Assembly (NCBI GenBank): GCA_004022145.1
Contig: RCNU01000027.1
Direction: 5' to 3' (one strand)
DNA: 20,000 nt
DNA from: Paecilomyces variotii
Taxonomy: Eukaryota
Position 1 is the first letter of the stretch. Each line of letters opens with the position of its first letter. A program made the translations under genes and the position numbers. The notes below the pieces were generated by a model that ran no database searches, was not told the origin of the DNA, and saw nothing but the letters and a program-made list of their open reading frames with translations. Below are positions 9,472 through 20,000 of the stretch, piece after piece.

Positions 9472-11230
9472 ATAAGTAATAATACTAATACTAGACTATT
9501 AAATAATAATAAATTAATAACTATAAATACTCTCTTAATAAGGATAATAAAAGAAATAGCTAAATCTAATAAGATTATAATACAGTTAGCCGAGTAAAAT
9601 AGGGAGATTCTATACTAACTTAGTAAACCTTAAGACCTAGAAATATATTTAAATAGGGAGATGCAAACTAAATAAAGAAATAATATAACTAGTTAGCAGA
9701 ACAATATTTCTGCTTAATAAAATAATACTATTAATAATATAAACAATAAAAATAATATACTATTAAGTTTATATACCTCTAATAGCTTATTATAAAAATA
9801 AGAAGAGCTAGGCTTCTTTTAGCTTAATTTTAAAGACTATAAATATACTAAAACAGGACCTATTATTACTATTAATAGCTAGATATATTATAGAAATATC
9901 TATCTTTTTATAAAATATATTTAGGACCTTATCTCTATAAAGAGAGAAGAGTAAGTAAGGCTATAAATTTATACCTTATTTAAGGATTAAGCATTTTAGT
10001 AATATAATATAGAGCTATCTAATTTTAAGCGAGATAATCTAAGAGAATAACTAATTAATAACGCTTAAATTCTATTACTATTATAATATTTTAAAATAAA
10101 TATAGTAATAGCAATATAAGAACTTAAGCAATTAAATTATTTAATAATTAAGGTTAGGAATAGTATAATACTATAAGTATTTATATAAATAATTATCTGA
10201 CTCTATAAGGCTATTAATATATCTAGTTTATATAACTAGCTACTATCTGTATAGAATAAATTTGCGCCTAGTCTTTATAAAGATATTATTTATCTTAAGG
10301 AATATATAATATTAGCGTAATTTATTAACTCTATTAATAATGCCTTTATTATTTAATAAGACTAAGCTAATTTAGAGAGGACTTAATTAAGACTGTAATA
10401 TTAATATAATTATCCTAGTTATTAATATAGCTATTAGACACAGTAATTTTATTAGATATTATTTTAGCTATTTTCTGGGAACTAATAATAAGATTACTAT
10501 TATTATAGTAATTAAAGACAAGCCTTAAGGCTACGCTACGCGTATCCCTTACAAACTTTATAGCCAGCTAGTTGATACAGACTTAAAGCTATTACTATTA
10601 CCTTTTTAGATCTATATTAGTATATAAGAGCTTTACGCTTAGATTTAGATAGAGAATTTAGAGGTATTAGATATAATCCTGGGGGCCCTAAACCTAAATC
10701 CTATAAATGAATTAAGCAGTTATATAATTAAAAGAATCCCTTTATTCTATACTTTAAAGCAATTAGCCTTAAGACCTATATAATACTTATAATTTTAGTA
10801 TTATAGTAGTAATATGCCTTGCTTTAGGCTTCAGAATTTTAATATTTGTATATATAGTTATTGTGCATATCTGTACCGGCTTAGTATATACATTTAGCTA
10901 ATAATATAAGCCGGAGGTTAGCGGGTCTAAGATGTTTTAATGTTCGCACCTATAGTTAGTATATATAACTATACTAGCTTAATATAGCTAATTAAAGGAC
11001 CTAAAAGTTAGCAGGTCTAAAAAGTTTTAATATTCTCACAGATAGTTATTATACGCAACTATATTAACTTAGCATTTATTTTTAGCTAATAAGAGGCCTT
11101 AAATCCCTACAGGCTTCTGCACAGTTAGTTATATTGCATAAATATAGAGCTTATTTAAGCAAATCTAATTGGCCTAAGAGACTTAAGGGGATCTAATTAG
11201 CCTAACGCGCTTTGCGCTTAAGTTTTATAA
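9472..11230 (+). pseudogene. gag of the inner gypsy element (boundaries approximate; may continue toward pol)
   Basis: De-RIPed WKQEELGFFQPDF (~9793), GPIVTVDGQIYYRNVYLFIERIQDL and CLR.QAFQWYNIELS, typical of fungal gypsy gag. Followed by a low-complexity Q/S/P-rich tail. Confidence 0.7.
10830..11090 (+). repeat. Three degenerate tandem units of ~90-98 bp
   Basis: Anchor ttttaat(a/g)tt...atagtta at 10837, 10935 and 11025. Also gttagcgggtctaa (10917) vs gttagcaggtctaa (11007). Confidence 0.75.
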
Positions 11231-12239
11231 TATTTATTTAGATTTATTTAGATAACCCTTTAATTAAATACTATTATTATAATAATAGTCTCTTAATATA
11301 AGGCCCGCAGCTAATACTCTATAAGATTAGATAAGATATTATATTAATAAAAGAGATAGAAGAAACTACTAAAGTAGTTATTTACCTGTCTTCTTTTAAT
11401 AATTATATAGCTAATCTTAGCAGCTATTTATTATAAGACTATAATTAGCAAATACTTAATAATATATATATAATGCGCATATTAAAAAATTATTATAAGA
11501 GTTTTTAAATTAGTCTACCCTTATATTACTAGAGTTATCTAAAAATAATAGCTATAAAGAGGGATTTTATTATAGAATCTATTATATATAGTATAATAAG
11601 AGTAACTTTAAGGCTATAGATTTAAAAAATAAGTTATTAAAATATATTAAAGAGAGAGATAATAATATAATTAATAATACTAGGTATTTTATATATTATA
11701 TCTAGCTAGAGGCTCCTAAAGAGTATTATATTTATACTTACTTTTTTATATTTAATAATAACCTATATTATTATTTTAAGATAATAGAATTTAAATATAC
11801 TTTATTAAGCAATATATTCTAACTATTATTCTTAATAGTAGAATAAGAGAACTAAATAGCTAAAAAAAGGCAGCTTAATAGATTTTAAAGCTAATAATAT
11901 AGGTATTAAAGGTATCTTAATAGATCCTATATTAGGGGGAATATAAGATTAAATATTATTATAATACTCTGCAATAAGATTAAGCTCTAAAGAGGTTAAT
12001 TAAATTAGTAACTAGATTATTAGGTTAAAGGACTTAATAAGATAGTTTATTAAGGAAACTATAGGCCAGTTATTTACTATAATAGAATATTATATTATTA
12101 AAATAAATAATACTATTATTAATATAATTAATTTTCCCTAAGTTATATTATTAATAGTATCTAACTATCTATAAGTATAAGCAGGCTATATCTTTAAGAG
12201 ATAGTATTATACTAGGATAAATACTTATATTACTGGCTT

Positions 12240-15200
12240 AAAATAGTCTAATATAATCTACCTTAATAATAATTACTTAATAATAGTTATTAATAGATAG
12301 TTTTAAAAAAATAAGCACTCTATATTCTGCTTTAAGATATTATAGAGATTATAATTTATAATATAGGAGGTATTATCTTATTATCTATATAATTTATCTA
12401 GCTTTAGTTAGAGCTACTAATAATAATTAAAGGATAATAAGTTAAAGCAGTTTTAAATATTAAGATATATCTTATTAATAGCCTTAAAGCTAATATATTT
12501 TTAGGAAATAATATTTTAGGCCCTTATAATTTTATTTTTTATATAAGAATAGGTATAGCAGTTATTAAAGCTTATAAAGAGATAATTTTATTAATTATAA
12601 TTATAGCTAAACTTAGATATTAAATATTTTATTTACTCTATATCTTATAATATATTATTATTCTACTATAATTAAGTATTTAACTTCTTATATAGATAAA
12701 AGATACCTTAGGCACTAATAGAGATTATTTTTTTAAACCTTGCTATATATATAGCATTATTCGCACATATTATTAATATTAATATTATTTTTATCTAAGT
12801 ATTTAATATATCTGACTAATCTTAGGCTATTTTAAAAAAGATATACTTAGGCTTATTAATAAAGCTTTATAATATTAATATATTTTTCCTAGACTTAGTA
12901 ATAATATCTCTTATATAGTGCTTATAAATTACAATTAATAATCTTATATCTAAAGCTAAATTTAAGGGCAATAATAGTAATATATTAAATATACTATAAA
13001 TTAATATTAATAATATTAAATATAATAAAGGTTATATTAAACCTTTATTTAAGATAATACAGCATCTAAATAAAGAATAGAAGATATTATATAGTTATTA
13101 TTTATAATAACTAGGATATAATAAAATATCTATAAAATATTATAAATACTTATAATATCTAATAAGATAAAAGTTTTATTAATATCTTTAAGGATTAATA
13201 GATAAAAATTTTTTTTTAAAAAAAATAAGAATTATAACTCTTATAGTAATATAAAGTCTATCTATTAAGATTTATAGATAGAAAAGTAGTTAATAAGATA
13301 TTTAATAAGCTTTATTAATGAAGTCAGATAAATAAGTATAAGATTATATATTTAATAGCTATTCTATTTTTATAATCTAAAAAATTATTAAGAAGGATAA
13401 ATATTAAATATATAAGAATTATATTATTATAGATATTTATTCCTTAAACTAAGAAATTAAATTAGATATTTATCTAATTCTGCTTTAGGATAATATCCTC
13501 GCAATAATTAAAGATTATAAATATATCTTAGTCTTTAATATAGTATTATTTTTCTATTAATAGAGAGTATTTAGCCCTTATAAAATAAGATTTATAGTTA
13601 TTATATATTAAAGTTAAAAGATTTTTAATATTATTATTATAAGATTCTATAATATATCTCTTTATATATAATAATCAATAGACTTTTATTTATAAAAGCT
13701 ATATAAGTTTATATAAATTTATATTAATAACCTTATTATTATATCTTAAATATTAAGAGAATATAAATAATATCTATATATTATTTTCTCTATTCTTTAA
13801 AATCTAAATATTACTCTTAATTCTAAAAAGTTATAAGATTTTATTAATTACTCTACTTAGATACTATATTAATATATTTAATATAATATACCTCTCTAAA
13901 AAATAAAGGCTATTTTAAACTTACCCTTCTTTATAATATTAAAAGATTTTAAATACTTTCTTATATTAACTAGATAGTTTAAATAATATATTTTAAGATA
14001 TATAATTATTGCAGGACTATTATAAGATAAGAAGACTTTATTATTTTAATTAAGCCCTATAAAAAATAAAATATATAATAAGTTTATTACTAATATAATA
14101 TTATCTTAATTATTTAAGAAAGAATTATCTATATTTTAGAATATAAAGCAATACTTTAAGGATATTTTTTTTACTTATTTTTCTGCAGACTATTTATTTT
14201 ATATTAATCTTAATATAGTAGGAGATTTAGAAGTAAATATAAAAAGATATAGACTTATAGCTATAGTATATTACTTTTATAGCAATAATAATGTAATAAA
14301 AGATAGTAAATATTTATCTATTAATAGCTTATCTGCTAAGGTAACTTTAAATTAGCTATATATATAGCTAGTGCTATTCTTTTCTAGATAATTAAATATT
14401 ATAAAGATAAATTACTAGCTAATTAAGTTAGAAGTTATATATTTTATCTAAATGCTGAGAAAGATATAATACTTAATTAAAGCAGCTAAAAATCCTATTA
14501 TAGTCTATATTAATTATAGCATAATATTAGTAATTATATAATAGATCTCCCTAAAATTAATATTAATAAAATATATAAATCTATAATTTATCCTTATAAG
14601 TTAATATATTTAATAATTTTATTTATGCATTTTTTATAAGCTAGGAAAGATAAATATAATCCTAGATATACTCTTATATTTACCCTCTATTATAAAGGAA
14701 CTAGATATACTATTATTAAAAGATATAGGCAATCTTATAGTATTTTATAATTATATAAGGATAAGCTTATATAATATAGCTAGAAGATATCTTAATAGTT
14801 TAAAAAGATCCCTATATATAGGTATAAGAGTTAATTATAGGATAGTAAATAAGGTATATAAGATAATAATAGGGGATTATAACCTAAGATAAATAAGCTA
14901 TAATGTATATTCTGCCAGCCTTAACCCCTAGGATAATTCTCTAGATAATAGAGTATAAGGGATAAATAATTTAAATTACTAAACAAATAATAAGGCTATA
15001 ATAATATAAGATATTTAAAGGTTTAGCCTAGATAGTATTATATATCCTAATAATATTAAGTTTACTATATTACTTATTAAAGTTAATCAGAACTTAAAAA
15101 ATAAGCTTAGGGCTAAATACGCTAAAGATACTAAATAGGCAAGAATTATATAGATAATATAAATAAATAATAATATAATACTCCCCTATAAAATAGCTAA

Positions 15201-16729
15201 TAGACTCTTATACTTATTAGATTATTATAATAGCTAAATATATCTCTATATTACTTATTAAAGTTAATTAGAACTTAAAAAATAGGCGTAGGGCTAAATA
15301 CGCTAAAGATACTAAATAGGCAAGAATTATATAGATAATATAAATAAATAATAATATAATACTCCCCTATAAAATAGCTAATAAACTCTTATACTTATTA
15401 GATTATTATAATAGCTAAATATATCTCTATATTCTAAAATCTATAATAGTAGAGATCTTTTAACTCGCCTATAATAAAGCTAGATATTCTGGTTTTAATA
15501 GAATAATAGATTAGCTTAATAAACTTATAATCTATAAAGATGTTAAATTGCTATAATAATATATTAAGCACTGCCTTAAATATATAGTAAACTATATAAG
15601 ATATTATTGCCTATATAGGTCTCTATAACTTATTTTAATCTTATTTATATTATTCTATATAATTATAATTAATTTTATATTTAATCTGCTAATCTTATAA
15701 AATAATAATTATAATTATTATATATTAGTAATATATAAGTTCTTAAAGTATATTATCTTTATTCTAAGTATTATAACCTAAATAATATAATAATAGAGAA
15801 TTACTTTATTAGATTAATTGGGCTTTAGCAATTAAAGACTTTCTTATAAAATTATCTCTAACTGTAATACTAAGTTTCTATTTAATTTATAGTGAGTAAT
15901 TTTTAATAAGCTTAATATTAAGCTTCTTTATTTTACTACTTATTATCTGCAAATAGATAAATAATTAGAAAGAATTAATTAATAAGTAGAAATTGCTCTA
16001 TAATATCTATTATTAGGACTAAAATATTTAGATAATTAGCTAGTAATATTACTAGTTTTTTAAGAAGCTATAAATGCGATAATTAGCATAATAATAAAGT
16101 ATTCTCTATATTAGCTTATATTTAGTCTTAAGCTACTAATTATTATCAGGTAGCTAAATAATAATATTTAGAGATAGAGCTTTATAAATTATATTAATAC
16201 CTAAGAGGTAATTAATATTGCAATAATAAATATAAAATACTATTATAATAGATATTATTAGCCTATATAGTTTTAGCCTAGGGAAAGAGTATATTTATAT
16301 TTATATTAGGGATATTTAATCCTATCTGTAATATTATTTAAATATAAATTATCTTAGCAATATATTAGGCTGTTTATAATTAAAAAATATATAAATAAGC
16401 TCGCATATTAATTAGATTTACTCCCTTATTAGCATATTTATAATATTATTTTTATTACTTATCTTAAGCCTACCCTTAATAAAGATAATCCCTTTAGATA
16501 TATAATGCCTTTATTTAAATCTTTATAATTTAATAATAATAGAATTAGCGAGTTTAAAATTAAAATACTTCTAAGAAAATATATTAGATATTGTTATAAA
16601 TAATACTTTATTAAATATCTTATTTAGTAAAAGAGATTTAGGCCAGAATATAATATATAGTATAATATTATTGACCTCAAAAATGCTAAGGAGCTTATTA
16701 AGGAATATAAGAATTGGCGATAAAAGTAG
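12240..16729 (+). pseudogene. pol of the inner gypsy element: protease, RT, RNase H, integrase, chromodomain (start approximate)
   Basis: PR: ICLD.GCSMTVIDRQF (12256), LKANMLLGNDIL (~12484). RT: VVVDIRSLN, YPIPLQDDIL, ISVFDAASFFYQWRV, YIDD (13720-13731). RH: NYWPTELEV, YTDH, KPGKTNVIPDALS. IN: AHD..GH.GFDR, HCP.C, ITIDFI, IISDRD.KF, YHPQTDGQSERTNQ. Chromodomain: EFEIE.LL.KR...EYLV.WKGFGPE.D.W (~16550-16720). Confidence 0.94.
15065..15433 (+). repeat. 181-bp direct tandem duplication inside pol
   Basis: 15065-15245 is repeated at 15246-15426 with about 4 differences. ctatatt occurs at 15065, 15246 and 15427. Confidence 0.95.
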
Positions 16730-16835
16730 AGGCTATAAGGTTTATATATATTTCAGATTATTATATTTTAGACTAAAATTATATAATAAGGAGCTGCAGC
16801 ATAAATGCTGCTTTATTTTTTTAATTAAGGGCATA

Positions 16836-16972
16836 TGTTATAGATAAAAGGTGCAGATACAGCATAATAGACTATACTGCCTTTATTCTGCCGGGTAACC
16901 GGGTATATATTATATTTTAGCTAGCTATAGAACTTAGAGAATTTAACCTTCTTACTTCTATAATGTCTTATA
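16836..16972 (+). repeat. 3' LTR (137 bp) of the inner gypsy element
   Basis: Begins TGTTA, preceded by a short purine run aaggg, followed by the TSD ttact. Matches 6572-6708. Confidence 0.93.
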
Positions 16973-18149
16973 TTACTTATTAATAAAAAGGATTTTAAAT
17001 TCAATAACTAGCTATTATAGATTAAAAATAAGCTAAAAATAAATATTAATTATTATAGAAATAAATATCTTTATATTATATATATTTAGAGTCGCCTAGG
17101 TAAAAAGGCTATAGCTTATATATCTCTAAAGTTTTATAAAAACTTAAGTCCCCCCTTTTAAACAGTTAAGGAGATATTTAATTATATTTAGGCTATATTT
17201 TATAACTTAAACTATTAATAAAATATAAAATACTAGTTTATTAATTTATATATAAAGATATATTAGAAATATAATAATTTCTTTATAGTTTATAAAACTA
17301 GTAAGTAAGATAAGTACTAATATTAGAATTACTAAATTAAAATATATAATAAGATTACTCTTTCTCTTAGAAGTCTTATTATTAGTTAGTATTACTATAT
17401 CTAGGATTTTAATAATTTTAAGGATACTTATTATTAAGCTATATATATATATTAAAAGAATAATAAAGAAAGATAATTATAAGCCGGCTAAAATAAGAAT
17501 TTAAATACTAGAACTTCTTCCTAGATTTTATTTAACTAGCCTAATAGTATTTTTTTACTCTTAAAATTAGTAAATCTTTTATTATTAATTTTCAGTGCCC
17601 CTAGAGGCTCTAATAGTAATTGCCCACGCTAATAGCTAGCTTAATTAGTAGAGTAATAGCTAGATAGATTAGTTCAGCTCAGCCCTTAAATAGTTCCTTA
17701 ATTAAGTATTATTATTAGCTCTAAGAGATTATAAGCCTAGATTTACAGGTAGAAGACTAAAAGAAGTAAATAACTATTTCGACTATTATATAATTATAAG
17801 GCATAGAGATTGCTAGTTGTCTCTAATTACTAGGCTAAAATATATTTTTAAAGATTACAGAAGTTCTATTAAGATATTTAAACTGCGGAGATTTTTATAA
17901 AATCCCCTTATCTAAGAGGGGTATATTAGATCTAGCTAAGACTAAACCTTTAAGAAGTTCTCCTTTTTAATTAAGTCGTCTAAACTTCTAATATTAATTA
18001 TAAGATTCTTATAAAAAAAGAGAAGTATTTTTTTATAAATAAAGGGTTATCTTATTATAAACTGCCCCTTAAAGAAAATAATAGCGGAGATAAAGAATTT
18101 AAAGCTAGAAAAAAAGGATAATAAATAATATTTAGAAAAAGCTAATTTT

Positions 18150-20000
18150 TAGGCTAAGATTTTTATCTAGGGGTTAATAAAAAATTAATAGAGATTAACT
18201 TTAGTTGCCTTTTAAATAGTAATTATCTTATTAAGCTTAGCTTAATTTATAAGAATAGATATAATATTAAGTTCTTTATTTTATTAGATTCTAGAATAAA
18301 TAGGCTCTATTTCCTTAATAGCTTATTAATCTTATTAATTATCTAATTTTTAAATATCTTATTAAAACTTTTAAGCTAATTTATATTTATTAATAGTTAT
18401 AATAATAGAACTGAAAAATAAATAGACTATATATTTATTACCGATTTAAAGATTAATAAGAGAATTTATTTAAATCTTCTTATATTAATTATTAATCTAA
18501 GTTATTATAATTTAATTCTTAGATAAAAATAAATAGCTAAAGAGTTTATCTTTCTAGATATTTAAAACTAATAATCAATTTAGCTATATAATAATTTATA
18601 GACTTATTACTTTAAATAAAAGCTAATTACTATTAAGGAGAATTTAATAAAGCTATCTCTAAATCTTAAGTATTAATAAAATATTAGTACAAGAGATTAA
18701 TAAATAGAGAAATAAATTTAATCGGCCCTTAATATTAAGACTGCGCTGCGCGTAGTCCCGCTATCTTAATGTGAATACTTAGCTTAATATAAATCTATAT
18801 AAAATCTATTACTTTTTAAAGCTTTTAAACCTATTAAATCTAATTAATTGCTAAATTAAATATAGTACTATATAGAATAAGACCCCTCTTAATTAGTCTA
18901 TATTTTTAAAGCTACTTTCCGCGGCTTAATTACCTGCTTAAGCTTAATTATTACTTGCTTTTATTTAGACTTTAACTTCTATAATACCTTCTTATTACTA
19001 TTCTTAAATATTTATAATTAAATATAATCTATATTATATTTTATTATAATACCTCTATATTATAGAACTCTTTTAAATACTCTAGTATAAACTTAATAGA
19101 CTAATTATATCTTAGCTAAGGCTTTAAGCTCCTTTTATATTTAGTTTATAATATAAGACTAAATAATACTGCCCTTTAATAGTTTTTAAAGCCTGCTAGT
19201 AAAGTAATTTAAATTAAATTTAAGCTAAAGTAAATACTATTTAAACTGTTTAAATCATAAATTCTTAGGTTAATATAGCTATTATAAAATTAACTATTAA
19301 AAGATAATTTAACTAGTTATTTTAATAATACTTAATATAGAGCTAAAGTTTTTAAGCTATATATTAATTTAAAACCTTTATCTAGCTATTTATTTAAAAA
19401 TATATAGCTAAAAAAAGCTTTAACTTAATCTTTAATAGTAAATAAAATTTATCTTAGAAGTCTAAAATAAATTATAGCCCTTAATTAAAAATTATTATAT
19501 TAAGAGCGCTCTTATAATAATAGATATATTTAAAGAAAATTTTAGCTATAATTTATACTATAGCTATATTATAATAAGGAATTAAAATAAAATATTTATT
19601 AAAATAATTAATTATAGTAAATATTATATTATAGTTATACTTATCTTTTAAAGAAAAATTAGAAATCTATTAAGATATATTATTATAGTTATTTAAGAAT
19701 AAGTAATAGTTAAAATAACTCTAGTAGAGAGTTTTAAGGGTTCTTAATTTAATAGTAAGTTAAATAATTATTAATATATTAGTTAATAAAACTAGTTATT
19801 TAAGGCTAGTAATAGCGGGACTTTATTAGTTACTATATCTTTTAGTATTTAAAATAAGCTATAAAGACTTAATAATAAACTTTATTTAAGAGATTATATC
19901 TATAAATCTCTCTAATTAGAGATAATTAATTATTTACTATATAATAAGAGCCTATTTACTAATTAATATATAAAGCTTTTTTAACTTATACTTTTATAAA
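18150..20000 (+). pseudogene. pol remnants of the outer gypsy element: protease, then possibly the integrase-proximal region; interrupted at 18721-19258
   Basis: LLDSG.NG..FLD (~18280) and LITDLGHYDLILG.KW (~18485) indicate a gypsy aspartic protease. AGL.QPL...KDLTMDFI-like text (~19815-19887) weakly suggests integrase. No RT motifs seen. Confidence 0.65.
18721..19258 (-). mobile_element. Truncated copy (one TIR plus transposase 3' end) of the Fot1/pogo family A
   Basis: Colinear with 3484-4020 (offset ~15238). TA at 18719-18720. Homology stops abruptly at aaatcat/aaattat. Confidence 0.93.

Larger units (their letters stand above)
6572..16972 (+). mobile_element. Complete chromodomain-bearing Ty3/gypsy LTR retrotransposon (~8.5 kb without the Fot1 insert), RIPed
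   Basis: Paired LTRs at 6572-6708 and 16836-16972. 5-bp TSD ttact at 6567-6571 and 16973-16977. Domain order gag-PR-RT-RH-IN-chromodomain. Confidence 0.95.
6200..18150 (+). pseudogene. gag of the outer Ty3/gypsy element, split ~6200-6571 / 16978-~18150 (outer ends approximate)
   Basis: Joining across the TTACT duplication reads KLPDPPLL|TDGKDPKFDNWLLQIKNKLKANADHY...YVQSRLG (fungal gypsy gag-like). Also FQTVEEMFDHIQAIF (~17160) and a CCHC knuckle relic CFFCK..GHLI.NCP (~18025-18068). Confidence 0.85.
1..20000. other. RIP-degenerated, AT-rich nested transposon block (fungal heterochromatin-like)
   Basis: Very low GC by eye with pervasive TpA and rare CpA/TpG. Repeat copies differ mostly by C>T/G>A. 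Conserved TE motifs are recoverable by reversing transitions (e.g. tag cca cta tat tta cta gat = WPPYSPD). Only one 63-aa ORF in 20 kb. Confidence 0.96.

Noticed and set aside
16796..16822. Bacterial rho-independent terminator (hairpin plus T-run)
   Set aside because: The context is a eukaryotic retroelement. It is treated as part of the PPT-proximal module instead.
960..18780. Recurrent GC palindromes as a CRISPR array or REP elements
   Set aside because: They are not regularly spaced direct repeats. They occur as inverted pairs at transposon ends with TA TSDs.
1..20000. AT-rich organelle, endosymbiont or alternative-genetic-code (TAA/TAG=Gln) DNA
   Set aside because: Stops replace Trp and Arg as well as Gln, catalytic Asp residues became Asn, and paralogous copies differ by directional transitions. 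This is RIP, not recoding.

Overview
The window is a fungal (ascomycete-type) AT-rich block made almost entirely of nested transposable elements destroyed by Repeat-Induced Point mutation (RIP). TpA is abundant, CpA/TpG is scarce, and Trp/Gln/Arg codons have become TAA/TAG. No intact gene is visible. Reading the ORFs while reversing C>T/G>A changes gives this nesting. An outer Ty3/gypsy element (~2478 to beyond 20000) carries three insertions: (a) a Tc1-like transposon, apparently in its 5' LTR, which is itself interrupted by a complete Fot1/pogo element (3484-5363); (b) a complete chromodomain-bearing gypsy element in its gag (6572-16972, 137-bp LTRs, TTACT target duplication), which carries a second complete Fot1/pogo element (6922-8793); (c) a truncated relative of the first Fot1 family in its pol (18721-19258). 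A ~297-bp MITE of that same TIR family sits at 962-1258. Regions 1-959 and 1261-2477 are RIPed but could not be assigned. All protein calls are by-eye motif recognition, not database searches. I see no new host gene system. The notable signals are TE-level: a RIP-created insertion site, a flipped hairpin loop in the TIRs, very short LTRs with an internal echo of their own junction, and candidate self-priming sites.
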